Program-made: the position numbers and the translations under genes
Notes under the pieces: model-generated
What the model was told of the DNA's origin: nothing
Databases searched by the model: none
The model's input: only the letters and a program-made list of their open reading frames with translations
Part shown: positions 25,492 to 35,240 of the stretch, piece by piece
Numbering within the stretch: position 1 is the first letter of the stretch
Layout: every line of letters starts with the position of its first letter
From: a virus
Virus record (IMG/VR): IMGVR_UViG_3300000271_000005
Coordinates: 1-53,108 of that record
Reading direction: 5' to 3' (one strand)
DNA length: 53,108 nt

Positions 25492-25866
25492 TTACACTCC
25501 GAGCGATGGGATTTCTAGTTGATCGAAGACGCCGCGCTGCCGTTCGATGGCTGTCTTGAGGCCCACGCTGGTCCGGTTCGACGACGTTGTTTCGACGGTA
25601 ATACTCAGCGCACGGCCATCATCGAGGATCGGTTGAAGGGCTACGGCTGCAGCGTTTTCGATCCGCGACGCGTCCCGGCCCGTGGGTCGCTTTTTGATCT
25701 GCGAGAACCGGGAGCCATAGCTGCTGTCTGGCGCGTAAAGCCATTGATTGACCGTCACCTTCATACGGATGTAGGCCGGGATCTTGAGAGAGTCGGTCTC
25801 CTCGGGCGAGCCCCCGCTCATCACATAATCGCCAGTAGCCGGGTTGAGATTCCAATTCTGAGCCAT
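25492..25866 (-). CDS. Mu gp46-like baseplate protein
   Basis: 124 aa, syntenic position. Confidence 0.55.
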   Translation of the reverse strand: MAQNWNLNPATGDYVMSGGSPEETDSLKIPAYIRMKVTVNQWLYAPDSSYGSRFSQIKKRPTGRDASRIENAAAVALQPILDDGRALSITVETTSSNRTSVGLKTAIERQRGVFDQLEIPSLGV

Positions 25867-25878
25867 GGCTTTCCCCCC

Positions 25879-26115
25879 TCAGGTGATTGATAGCGGTATG
25901 GGGGCAGCCGGACCCGTCTGGGTCGCCGCACTCCCTGTGGTTACAATCGCGGCTGCTGGTATCGTCACGACGCCGGCCCCGGTAATATGCGTGACGATCG
26001 CGTCGGCAATAGCGTTGGCAAATGTTTCGACCATTGCCGGATTGGTTATCGTCGGATCAGCAGCGACCATCTTGTCCTTGATCAGAGTACCCAGCACCGT
26101 CTTGCTAAGAGCCAT
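25879..26115 (-). CDS. Hypothetical A/T/I-rich small protein
   Basis: 78-aa ORF between the gp45-like and gp46-like genes. Confidence 0.45.
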   Translation of the reverse strand: MALSKTVLGTLIKDKMVAADPTITNPAMVETFANAIADAIVTHITGAGVVTIPAAAIVTTGSAATQTGPAAPIPLSIT

Positions 26116-26681
26116 TAGGCAAGCCCTCCGTCTTCAGTGGTCAAAAGCTTTCTAGTCACAATCGTCTGGGCCTTGAGCTGCGTGAAGTCCGCCGACTTAT
26201 CCGACGGCGCACCAGGCCCGGGGTGAACGTGGGCTATGAGCAGGTCCAGCAGCGCCGAGAAAAACTCGTTGGAAGCCTCGCCGAGCAAGAGGGGTTTATC
26301 TGCCGAGTCCTTGCCCACGTAGACGCCATCGCTCCCGACGTAGACCTGATAGCCGGCCACGGAATACATTTTCGCAGTCCCGTCATCGATGTCGCTCGGG
26401 CGATCAGCGTCCCGGTGCCCGATGACAAGCCTGTTGCCTGGATGCTCGCCTTGCCTGGCCACGACCTGGAGCGTGCCCCTGGGGGCCTGGGATACGAAGC
26501 CATAGGGATGGGCAACCGGGCGATCGGTGATCGTGTCGGCGCCGGGAAAAATCTGCTCGATGTCCTGGGTGAACTTCGTCGGGTCCGAAGATCCGGCCAC
26601 GCCGGTCAGGATGATATTCACTTCGCGCCTGATCTCGCTACGAATGAATCGACTTATGTCTGGGTCAAGGTGATTGATCAT
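26115..26681 (-). CDS. Baseplate assembly/spike protein, Mu gp45-like
   Basis: Synteny and the HPYGF..P.G motif. Confidence 0.6.
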   Translation of the reverse strand: MINHLDPDISRFIRSEIRREVNIILTGVAGSSDPTKFTQDIEQIFPGADTITDRPVAHPYGFVSQAPRGTLQVVARQGEHPGNRLVIGHRDADRPSDIDDGTAKMYSVAGYQVYVGSDGVYVGKDSADKPLLLGEASNEFFSALLDLLIAHVHPGPGAPSDKSADFTQLKAQTIVTRKLLTTEDGGLA

Positions 26682-27904
26682 GGGGCCACATTATCCGCAA
26701 CAATGGAGCCGAATCGGCAGAAGGACAGGACGGTTGTCTGCCCCTGCTCCAGGCTCAGTTGATATTGCACTTGATAGAGATACATATCCTCGAAAAGGCT
26801 GCCGCGATCATAGTTGATGTTGTAAACCGTGTCCGGCATATACGGCTCGCCATTGGCGTTGAAATGCCCTGGCACCACGCACTCGAACTGAATCTCGCCG
26901 AAGTTCTGCCGGGCGATCTCTCGCTTCGCATAAGCCTGAATCACCTGCGATCCGGCTGCCTGCACCGCGTTTATCGCCGACAGGCCCTGGGGGTCGGTGG
27001 CGTTGACGTTAGATGTCACGACGGCCTTGGGCACGAGATAGCCCGCTTTGCGGAGGCGGGTAGGGCCTGGCGCAGAGTTATAAATGATCTGCTGGGGACT
27101 GATGCGCGCGCCGAGCTGTTCCTGCCCAGACCATATGGCCGCCACGATGTTCGCAATGTTGGTCGAGGACCTGCGCACGCGGGCTGAAAGGATATTCGAC
27201 GACCGATCGCTCTTGCTGAGAATCAGGTTGCCCGCTTTCTGCTGCCGCATGTTTGGCTTGCCGACGATCAGCTCGCCGCTCGGCCCGGTCCATGGCACCA
27301 CGTTATAGGGCTCCAGGAAGCGCTGCAGAACGCTCAGCTTGCTTTCGCCAGGCTCTGACGCCAGCAGGGGGGCAGGGGAGGGAGACGGAACGCCCCGGAA
27401 ATCGAAGCGGCTTATCTTAGTGTCCTGGCAGATCAGCTTCACGCCGTTCTGAATCGATGTGCTCTTTGCGAATATTGGCTTGCTCGTGAGGCTCACGGCG
27501 TCCTGGTCTTCGAGCTGGCCCATTACGTCGCGGCCGCTGATCGTGCTCTTCTCCCCATACTCGGCGTCGGTCTCTGTTTCCGTGACGTCGATGACCCCGG
27601 TGCAGATCGGAATATCGTTCGCGAGGAGCGTGGCTATATCGCCGTCCTGGATCGCGTCGGTCAGCGGAGGACCGTCGGGCGCAGCGAACGCAAAAGAAAA
27701 GGTATCGACCGGAATGATGATCGAGCTGGAAAATGTGTAGCTCAAGAACCTGTCAACCGTGATCGAAGGGCCGCCAGTCAGGGGCTTAATGATGATCGTG
27801 ACCGGGGGCATGCGTCCGGTCTTTTGCAATTGCTTTTCAAGGCCGCTCGCGCCGATCTGCGAAAAGCTCTGATTGTCGTCTTTTGGAAAGATCGTGATCG
27901 TCAT
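26678..27904 (-). CDS. Baseplate hub protein, Mu gp44 / P2 gpD-like
   Basis: 408 aa, synteny between the gp43-like and gp45-like genes. Confidence 0.6.
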   Translation of the reverse strand: MTITIFPKDDNQSFSQIGASGLEKQLQKTGRMPPVTIIIKPLTGGPSITVDRFLSYTFSSSIIIPVDTFSFAFAAPDGPPLTDAIQDGDIATLLANDIPICTGVIDVTETETDAEYGEKSTISGRDVMGQLEDQDAVSLTSKPIFAKSTSIQNGVKLICQDTKISRFDFRGVPSPSPAPLLASEPGESKLSVLQRFLEPYNVVPWTGPSGELIVGKPNMRQQKAGNLILSKSDRSSNILSARVRRSSTNIANIVAAIWSGQEQLGARISPQQIIYNSAPGPTRLRKAGYLVPKAVVTSNVNATDPQGLSAINAVQAAGSQVIQAYAKREIARQNFGEIQFECVVPGHFNANGEPYMPDTVYNINYDRGSLFEDMYLYQVQYQLSLEQGQTTVLSFCRFGSIVADNVAP

Positions 27905-29112
27905 GCGGCTGGCACCTTTACGACGGTTCCGGGTTCGATGTAGTTGATTGAAAGCAGCGACGGATTAAGCAGGTCCAGCTCCTGAACCCGGTTCGGCGGC
28001 AGGCCATTGAGAAATGCGGCCTCGCGCAGGCTCATCGTCCGGGGCACCGTATAGTCGATCACCCGCGCGTTGGAAGATGCTGCGCCGCGTTCCAGGACTT
28101 CCTGCAGCAGCACGGCCGTCTGCCGAAGCTCGATGACCGTGTCGAACAGCTCAAGGGCTGCGCCGTTGTCAGTGATTGCCTGGATGATGGCAGCCAGCTC
28201 CGCCCGCCTCGCTATCACCTGCTTCGTTAAATTGTTAACCGCTGTCGCCAGGATTACCTCGGCCGAGAGATCCGAGAGCGGCACAGAGTTAAAGGGGTCC
28301 GACGGCGAGCGGGCAACGACGAAGTTCTCGCTCGATATGGAGCCGTCTGAGTTTCGCGTCCCGCCCTGGTTTGTCGGCAGGAGCGAGGGTATATCGGCGC
28401 TGCCGCCCTTGGCGTTGAACGTCGCGTTCATTTGCGTCAGGGTGATTGCCGTCGTTGACTTATAGGTTCCCAGCAGCTGATTGATCGTGATCTTGACCGC
28501 GCGGGCCAGGAGCGTGGCGGCTTCGACCTTTGCTATGGCTGCGTCGATAACGGCGAACACCTTTAGGGCTGCGCTCAGGGCGGACTTGACCGTGCTGTCG
28601 CGCAGCTGCCGAATGTTGCCTATGGTGAAGTTATGCTCGATGAACGTCACGCGCATCTGAACGGCCTTGCGGCTCTGGCTCTCGTGCGTGACGACGTAAT
28701 CCTCGATTGCGCAGACGATCTCCCCGCGCACGGGATGAATCAGCTTGCCGGGGGTCGACTTGTCGAACTCGGCTATCAGCTTTTGAAAGCCCAGCATGTA
28801 GCGCGGGCCGAAGATCATAAGCTCCATATCGAAAGATCCAGGCTTTCGCCCGAGGTCGTCGGTCGTCTGTCCGTCCCTGTAGGGGTATTGGTACTTGACC
28901 TTGCGCCGGCCACCAGTGTCGGTCACGCGGGGCAGGGCGCCGTCCCACTGCTGCTTGGACTCAAAGACGTGGAACACGACCCCGTTGTAGGATCCCTCGA
29001 CGATATCCCATTCGCTCGGATCGCGGCCGCCGAAGAGGGCGTTAACATCCTTCAGCGAGCCCTGGGTAACGCGGCTGAAATCGGCTGGATCGCTCAGATC
29101 GAATTTTGACAT
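27901..29112 (-). CDS. Mu gp43-like DNA circulation protein with C-terminal LysM domain
   Basis: N-terminal GGRRKVKYQYPYRDGQTTDDLGRKPGSF. C-terminal YTVPRTMSLREAAFLNGL...YIEPGTVVKVP is LysM-like. Confidence 0.75.
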   Translation of the reverse strand: MSKFDLSDPADFSRVTQGSLKDVNALFGGRDPSEWDIVEGSYNGVVFHVFESKQQWDGALPRVTDTGGRRKVKYQYPYRDGQTTDDLGRKPGSFDMELMIFGPRYMLGFQKLIAEFDKSTPGKLIHPVRGEIVCAIEDYVVTHESQSRKAVQMRVTFIEHNFTIGNIRQLRDSTVKSALSAALKVFAVIDAAIAKVEAATLLARAVKITINQLLGTYKSTTAITLTQMNATFNAKGGSADIPSLLPTNQGGTRNSDGSISSENFVVARSPSDPFNSVPLSDLSAEVILATAVNNLTKQVIARRAELAAIIQAITDNGAALELFDTVIELRQTAVLLQEVLERGAASSNARVIDYTVPRTMSLREAAFLNGLPPNRVQELDLLNPSLLSINYIEPGTVVKVPAA

Positions 29113-29116
29113 TACT

Positions 29117-29863
29117 CTACTCCCCGCATACCAAACCGCATTTAATCACAAATTCTGGCTCTTTTTTTCCGGCGTCTGGCGGAATATCTTTTAGGAATGT
29201 GTAGCTTCCTCTGTATTTTAATATTGCTGTATTTAGCCTTTCCTCGACATCGATCATTCGCTGAAATACATCAGGAAAAGCTTTGCGAATTTTATTCCAA
29301 TATCCGATTCCTCCTTTGACGCAACCAATACAGTTATTGTTCTTGAAGCCAAGTTTATACATTTGAGGGATTTCAATACCTGCATCGACAAGGATTTTCA
29401 GACAGGATTCTTTGTTTATGTTCCTGTCAATCAACGGAGTGTGTATGTTTACTTCTGGATTATTCTGAATAAACCGATTGAGTCTGGGAATTTCTCCCGC
29501 ATCGAATCCAAAAACCTGAAGGTCGTTGATAGGATTTTCAACCCTGTGCCTGACCATTTTTTTAAGCTCAGTTGTGCAACGGGCTCCCCGATTACCGACA
29601 AGATATTTTGTTTTGTCGAATACGTCCCATATATCCGAGTATTTGTCTGATTTAAATATTTGTATTTTTTGTCCGTACCATTTTTCGCAATCAGATATGA
29701 ATCGCTTGTTATCTTCGTGTTCCGATCCAGTGTCGCAATATGCGATCGTTATCGGCAACCTGTTTTTGAATTCTGCTACTGCAAGTTTGATTGCAACAGC
29801 ACTTGTTGCCCCACATGAAAACCAACAAAGGAGACGATCAATCTTTATTATTTTTTGGGGCAC
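29117..29863 (-). CDS. PAPS-reductase-like adenine-nucleotide alpha-hydrolase (PP-loop) protein
   Basis: PP-loop variant WFSCGATS, then GARCTTELKK, then CIGC. AGGAGG SD before the GTG at 29863. The gene is visibly AT-rich. Confidence 0.6.
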   Translation of the reverse strand: MPQKIIKIDRLLCWFSCGATSAVAIKLAVAEFKNRLPITIAYCDTGSEHEDNKRFISDCEKWYGQKIQIFKSDKYSDIWDVFDKTKYLVGNRGARCTTELKKMVRHRVENPINDLQVFGFDAGEIPRLNRFIQNNPEVNIHTPLIDRNINKESCLKILVDAGIEIPQMYKLGFKNNNCIGCVKGGIGYWNKIRKAFPDVFQRMIDVEERLNTAILKYRGSYTFLKDIPPDAGKKEPEFVIKCGLVCGE

Positions 29864-30066
29864 TGTGGTCCCTCCTGCTTTATCTTGCCTATCGTCCTCC
29901 GGTACGGCGCGGGGCCTACATAAGCCTTGCGGCATTCAGGGCAATCGACAAGGGTCCAGATGAAGTTTACCTTGATGTCCGGCGCGTGCAGAACTTCCAT
30001 TCCGCAGGCTGTGAGCTGCCTTCGGACGTCGGGTGGGAATTTTTTCCAGAGGAACTTGTGAATCAT
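29848..30066 (-). CDS. Hypothetical small Cys-containing protein
   Basis: 72 aa. The ATG overlaps the tape-measure stop (TAATG). Contains CPEC. Confidence 0.4.
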   Translation of the reverse strand: MIHKFLWKKFPPDVRRQLTACGMEVLHAPDIKVNFIWTLVDCPECRKAYVGPAPYRRTIGKIKQEGPQCPKK

Positions 30067-31781
30067 TAGTTGCTCGCTCCGCGCTTGGGCTGTTTGGACT
30101 CTTTGAGTAGGGGCGTGTTGAATTCGACCTTAACCTTTTGCGGGGCCGAAGGGACCTGCCTGAAGCCCGACGTGGTGTCGCCGCCGAGGAGCATGTCGAG
30201 TTTGAAGAAGAGGCGTTCGACGATATCGCCCCGGAAGCCTTCCTTGGTCGTGTCGGTCGTGTTTTCGGTAAGGAACTGGCTGACCGCCGGCTCGATAGCC
30301 TTGCCGATCGTATAGCCCGCGAGCCCTGCAGCACCCACGGCCCCGGCCTTTCCGAGCAGACCCATGCCGCCGCCAAGACCCCCTGCCGCCGATCCCATTC
30401 CGATTTCAGCAGCGTTGGTGACATATACCGGGATCGTCTTCTGTCCGGTGATCTCCTCTGCAGCTGCGCCCTTGGCCACTGTTCCGAGCAGTCCTTTGCC
30501 GATTCCCCGGAGGCCGCCCCCCGTGAGCAGGGCAGCCAGCAGGCCCCCTCCAGCCACCACTGCACCAGCGCCTGCATCTGATTTGGATGCGCCGGAAAGG
30601 ATGTCCGTCGCGCCCTGAGTGACCATGGCCAGTGGCTCGGCAAGGAAACTCTTAATGCGGTTGATGTTGGCCCGGAACGACTCGCCGAGCCCGAGGGATT
30701 CTCGATAGGATTCGTTTAAGCTTCCCTGTGTTCGCTTTATTCTGTCCTGCGCCTCTTTCACTCGCTCCAGTGATTCCGCAAGACGTACAAATCCTTCCGC
30801 AGCATCCTCCGACAGCCCAAGCGTTTGGGCCGCAAGCCGAGGATCGCCACCCATTCGAGAAGTGATGGCTTGAGCGAACGCTTGAAACTTTTTAATGTCC
30901 AGACCCTGGTCCGTGAATACGCCCTTTCCGCCCTGGGCTTCGAAAGCCATGCGCGCAACTGGGCTCTTGCCGAGGTACTCTTCAAGAAATTTGGTGGCGT
31001 TGGGTCCTGCAACGGCCGATGCCGCAGAGAGACTAGCAAGGCCAGACGATGAGATCGCTTTTCGTAGGTCCGTCGGCATCGCTGCGAAGATTGCTTCCAT
31101 GTCCTGCAAAGTTTTCGTTGGCCCTTGGCCGGTGGCGAGGAAAACGCGGCGCAGAGATTCGGCCAAAGCTTCCATCTGCTTTTTGTCATTTACTTCGCCC
31201 CCCCGAGCCTGGATTACCTTTGCAATGCCCCGCGCTATTTCGCCTTCGCTTCCCTGCTCGCGCGAGGCTGACGCCAGCTGTCCGGCTGTCCTGGAATAGG
31301 CGGTCAGGTTCTCGGGGCCACGGACCTGGGTTTGCGAAAGTCCCGCCAGCGTCTTGCTCGCAACATCAGAGCTGAGGCCGATTTCGCCGAGCCCATCGGT
31401 AATGGTCTTCTGCAGCGAAACAAAGTCCCGCTCCGCCATGCCGAACACTGGGCCGAGCTTTCGGATGACGTCCGACAGCTGGACTGTTTCTGAAACGGAG
31501 TCCCTGAATTGTGATGAGATCTTGAGGCCGGCGCCGAGGCTTTCCACCGATACGAGGCTTTTGAAGTCGCGCTTGAGCTGGTCGGAGACGCGACGCCCGA
31601 ACGTGCGCAGGTTGCCGAAAAATGTTTCGGTCTCCTTGGTGTTGGCTTTTATTGCCTCGCTGGTTTCCTCTCCTGTCTCCTCAAGGGCCTTGGCAACTTC
31701 CTCGGCTTTTACCTTGAGCGACTCCAGGTCATCGAGAATGGATTTTAGTCCACTCTTGACCTTTATCTCGACGTTTGCCAT
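30066..31781 (-). CDS. Tail tape measure protein
   Basis: 571 aa, helical and A/G/L/E-rich with a Gly-rich hydrophobic segment. Canonical position. Confidence 0.8.
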   Translation of the reverse strand: MANVEIKVKSGLKSILDDLESLKVKAEEVAKALEETGEETSEAIKANTKETETFFGNLRTFGRRVSDQLKRDFKSLVSVESLGAGLKISSQFRDSVSETVQLSDVIRKLGPVFGMAERDFVSLQKTITDGLGEIGLSSDVASKTLAGLSQTQVRGPENLTAYSRTAGQLASASREQGSEGEIARGIAKVIQARGGEVNDKKQMEALAESLRRVFLATGQGPTKTLQDMEAIFAAMPTDLRKAISSSGLASLSAASAVAGPNATKFLEEYLGKSPVARMAFEAQGGKGVFTDQGLDIKKFQAFAQAITSRMGGDPRLAAQTLGLSEDAAEGFVRLAESLERVKEAQDRIKRTQGSLNESYRESLGLGESFRANINRIKSFLAEPLAMVTQGATDILSGASKSDAGAGAVVAGGGLLAALLTGGGLRGIGKGLLGTVAKGAAAEEITGQKTIPVYVTNAAEIGMGSAAGGLGGGMGLLGKAGAVGAAGLAGYTIGKAIEPAVSQFLTENTTDTTKEGFRGDIVERLFFKLDMLLGGDTTSGFRQVPSAPQKVKVEFNTPLLKESKQPKRGASN

Positions 31782-31861
31782 GTCGTCCCCTGCTGATCAT
31801 TTCCACTGAAGCTCGCCGCTTACCAGGGAATGAACGACCCACCAGACGCACTGTCCGCGTG

Positions 31862-32374
31862 TCAATCGCTGTTGATCAGAAAGGAAGTGATAGCCTTTAG
31901 TTGCGAGAAAGATAGCTCGGTCAGTCGTGAGTCCAGATCCTCGCGAGAAGTTTTTTTTAGATCAGCCACCAGTCTCCGCACCTCGTCGGCGGGCATGGTT
32001 TCGAGGCTGGGGTCGCACTTCTCTGTGGCCGAAACGTACTCTTTATACATCGTGATAATTTCATCCGGCGTGAAGTCATTCAACACCGGATGAGTTAAGC
32101 GGTAATCAGTCGCACCAGGCTGAGAAGTGGTGGCCAGGATCAGGTGTTCCTTGGCCATCAATGCGTGTTCATGGACGCGGTTCTTATAGATGTCGGGCGC
32201 GCGCTTAAGCTCAGACGCGACCCGGCTCATCACTTCGATAGTTTCGGACATGCTCAGAGGCCGGACCATGACCTCGAAATCCCTGATACGGATTGGCCAG
32301 CGCCAGTTAACGCCGAGGCGCATCTTCGTCAGGATTTCGTTGGTTGCGTCGTAGCCCGGGCTCTGATCGTACAT
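31862..32374 (-). CDS. Tail assembly chaperone-like protein
   Basis: Lies between the tube and the tape measure. Confidence 0.45.
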   Translation of the reverse strand: MYDQSPGYDATNEILTKMRLGVNWRWPIRIRDFEVMVRPLSMSETIEVMSRVASELKRAPDIYKNRVHEHALMAKEHLILATTSQPGATDYRLTHPVLNDFTPDEIITMYKEYVSATEKCDPSLETMPADEVRRLVADLKKTSREDLDSRLTELSFSQLKAITSFLINSD

Positions 32375-32384
32375 GGATTATCCT

Positions 32385-32801
32385 TTATAGACCGATATCG
32401 AACAGAGTTCCGTTACCGATGGCGTCGGTGACTTTCACTGCTCCGAAATTGAACGTGGTTTTTACCTCGTCGCCCACGCCCCCGGCGTTATCGTCGGCGT
32501 CCTTCAGGAAAAGACCCGTTGCGATATATTGATCGGCTCCCACGACGAACGTCAGCTGAACGTCGTTCGTTTCATAGTCGATCGATTCCATTTTAGGGCG
32601 AGGCTCCAGATTACGTACAGCAATCGTAGCCGTGATGTCTATATCAGTGTTGCCCTGCACGAAGCCCCGATTGAAGCCGTCGTTGGTCATCGAGGGGACG
32701 ACGCGCGCGTTTTTGTTCTGCCGAAGGGTTGCGCTCTGGACATCGGCCAGGCGCGCGCCGTTTACGCTTAAATACGCTCTATCTGCATACTTCATGGCCA
32801 C
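32385..32801 (-). CDS. Tail tube protein
   Basis: 138 aa, directly after the sheath gene. Confidence 0.6.
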   Translation of the reverse strand: MAMKYADRAYLSVNGARLADVQSATLRQNKNARVVPSMTNDGFNRGFVQGNTDIDITATIAVRNLEPRPKMESIDYETNDVQLTFVVGADQYIATGLFLKDADDNAGGVGDEVKTTFNFGAVKVTDAIGNGTLFDIGL

Positions 32802-32827
32802 TTTGATTCACTCCTTTGTTTAATCGG

Positions 32828-34021
32828 TTACACGCTGACTACATCGAAAGCGGTCGTAGCTTCTATGTTGGTCGCTATGACATGGAGGCCCGGAATGACA
32901 TTGCAGGGTGTTTTAACGTCAAACCGATGCCGATCACTGGCGTTACGCTCGACCAAAAATGTTTTTGCCAGTTGCGATACTGCCTGGAACATGTTTTGGT
33001 CTTCAAACTGCACGGCCAGGCGGATGGCTTCGGACTTGATTTCGGTCGCAGCCGACGCGGAAGCCTTGCGCTGCTTGAAGTCTGGCTGACTGAATCGGGT
33101 GTAGAGAGTTTTCCGCCAGAAATAAAGCACCTGGAAGTCCTGGACGTCGTAATAGCTAGTCACAACAGGTGTTCCAGTTCCGTCGGCTGAGATGCGCCCG
33201 GTCACGGTACGGACAAAGGCCATTTCTTCGTTGGGCTTGGTATAGATCGGGGTCCAGCCCTGCTCCAGGCAGCTCTCGGACTCGAGCCCTGCGCCGACCG
33301 TGATCCAATCGGATTGCTTGGCAGGAGCGGGCACCGAACCGATCGAGACGTCGTCGAGGGGGTTGAACGGAACGATGTTGCTGGCCATGCGAGCAGCGCA
33401 GGCGGCTGCGTCTTCGCCGAGGCTGTAGGCGCGCTCATCGTCGCCGGTTCCAGTGTCCCGGATCCAGAGGCCGATAAGGTATTGCGTATCGAACTTGGTG
33501 AGGGTCGACGGCGATGTAACGCTGTGATTCGCGCCTACGCCGAACGTCCCGAACTGGTTATTGCTCACGCGGGCTGCTGCCGACATCGTCAGGGCGAGGG
33601 TCTTAAGCGTCGTGCGATTGGCTGAATCGGTGTCGAGGTCGTAGGGGGTGACAACGAACTCCGCCTTGGTCGCCAGGATCGCCGTCTGTGCAGCCGTCGG
33701 GATATCAGTGGCTGCCGAGTCGAGGACGCATGCCTTGAGTCTCGGATAAGTGGAGCCCCCGGCGTTTGCCCTGATTGCTGCGAGGACCATTTTGGAAAGC
33801 TCGGAACCGTCGCCGAACTTTGTAGCGACTTCGCCCGAAGCGGCTGTCAGATCCCCGCTGTTTTCGATCACGATTACCGTGTTCGTGCCGGTGGCGCCCG
33901 ACGCTGCATGGCCGATCAGCAGGACCTCCTGCGAATCGCTGGGCAGTCCCGTATCAGCTGCAAATGTGATTTCTACGGGCCGTCCGGGTGTTTTTTGTGA
34001 GCCGATACTCGTGAGCGCCAT
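32828..34021 (-). CDS. Contractile tail sheath protein
   Basis: 397 aa, position and composition. Confidence 0.7.
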   Translation of the reverse strand: MALTSIGSQKTPGRPVEITFAADTGLPSDSQEVLLIGHAASGATGTNTVIVIENSGDLTAASGEVATKFGDGSELSKMVLAAIRANAGGSTYPRLKACVLDSAATDIPTAAQTAILATKAEFVVTPYDLDTDSANRTTLKTLALTMSAAARVSNNQFGTFGVGANHSVTSPSTLTKFDTQYLIGLWIRDTGTGDDERAYSLGEDAAACAARMASNIVPFNPLDDVSIGSVPAPAKQSDWITVGAGLESESCLEQGWTPIYTKPNEEMAFVRTVTGRISADGTGTPVVTSYYDVQDFQVLYFWRKTLYTRFSQPDFKQRKASASAATEIKSEAIRLAVQFEDQNMFQAVSQLAKTFLVERNASDRHRFDVKTPCNVIPGLHVIATNIEATTAFDVVSV

Positions 34022-34036
34022 GCGCCACCTCCATTT

Positions 34037-34720
34037 TTAAATGCTTTGGTTTATCTGTAAGCTGAGTTCCACGTCGTCGGTATCGTTGGACCGCAGGGCG
34101 TCGATCGTCGAGACTATGCGCCTGAGGTCCGTCAGTGTTCGCCGGAACGGTTCGTCCTTGGTCCGGTAATCGCTTTCGAGGTATTCGTCCCACTCGCTGA
34201 GCAGGATGCGGAAGTTGGCCGTGATTCGGGTCAGGGGGATGATGTCGTCCTGCCACTTGAATCCGAGGTCAAAATCAGCATTCACAACCTTTCCAAGCTC
34301 GTTGAGCCCCGGGACGAGGTTGCAGATCGTCTCGAAAAATGTCGGCCTGCGCAGCTGCTGGATCATCGCTCCGGCGATCGTCTGGGGCAGCCTGTTAAGC
34401 TCGCCCCGGCGTATGGAGGCGGGCCAGATGATGTCTATTATGATGTCGCCCGACTCGTACCACGTTTCGTATTCCTTCCGGTAGCGCTCGCAATAGATCC
34501 GCATTGCCGGGAGCGATCGCATGGGAAAGTCCATGCGTTCGTAGTCCTCGATATAATCGCCGAAGAGCTGAAACCAAACGGGATCGGCCCGCAGATTGGC
34601 GACGAGCGAGGAGACCAGGAACTCGCCCGGCTGGGTCAGAAATAGGTTCGTCTCCAGCGGCTCGCGCGTGCTGGACTTATCGGGGGCTGCGTATTGGAGT
34701 TCGTCGATGCGTTCAGTCAC
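34037..34720 (-). CDS. Hypothetical neck/tail-completion protein
   Basis: Position only. Confidence 0.45.
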   Translation of the reverse strand: MTERIDELQYAAPDKSSTREPLETNLFLTQPGEFLVSSLVANLRADPVWFQLFGDYIEDYERMDFPMRSLPAMRIYCERYRKEYETWYESGDIIIDIIWPASIRRGELNRLPQTIAGAMIQQLRRPTFFETICNLVPGLNELGKVVNADFDLGFKWQDDIIPLTRITANFRILLSEWDEYLESDYRTKDEPFRRTLTDLRRIVSTIDALRSNDTDDVELSLQINQSI

Positions 34721-35240
34721 GGTTCAGCACCTCCGCTGCCTTGTTCGCCAGGGCTGCGCTGACCTCGTCCTGATCCTGCTGGTTCCAGTCGTTGAATGGC
34801 CTGGCTGGAATGCGGACGGATTTTCTGAACATGAACTTGCCGCCGCCGATGGGGATCTTCAGGGCCTTGGCGTATTTCGGTCTGAGCACGCCACCGGGCA
34901 GCCCGGCCGTACCATAGTTCATCATGGCTGCGTAGAGGAGCTTGGTTCCGACGATAATAGCGTCGGGCTGAATGACGACAATGCCGTCTGGCCCCGGCTT
35001 TCCGTCGGCCGAGTAGGGGGCTATGGATTTTCTAAGGACGCCGCGGTCGGAAAGGATCTGGCCCTTTCTCATCTTAAGCGGAGCCCACCCTGGGCGGCCG
35101 TTATACTTTCCCTCGCTATCGAAGAGCATTCCGCGGTTGGTCTGAACGGCGGCAGCCAGGAAAAGATTGATCTCGCCCTCGGCGCGTTTAAGCCTGGCTT
35201 CGAGGTCTGGAAATTTGAAATTGATATCAACTCCCGTCAT
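34713..35240 (-). CDS. Virion morphogenesis protein, Mu gpG-like
   Basis: The internal ATG at 35240 gives MTGVDINFKFPDLEARLKRAEGE... The upstream part of the track ORF is R/P/T junk. Confidence 0.55.
   Translation of the reverse strand: MTGVDINFKFPDLEARLKRAEGEINLFLAAAVQTNRGMLFDSEGKYNGRPGWAPLKMRKGQILSDRGVLRKSIAPYSADGKPGPDGIVVIQPDAIIVGTKLLYAAMMNYGTAGLPGGVLRPKYAKALKIPIGGGKFMFRKSVRIPARPFNDWNQQDQDEVSAALANKAAEVLNRD

Noticed and set aside
29936-30643. 235-aa minus-strand ORF overlapping the tape measure gene in another frame
   Set aside because: It is an off-frame read-through of the tape measure gene with R/S/P-rich junk composition. The tape measure frame is the coherent one.
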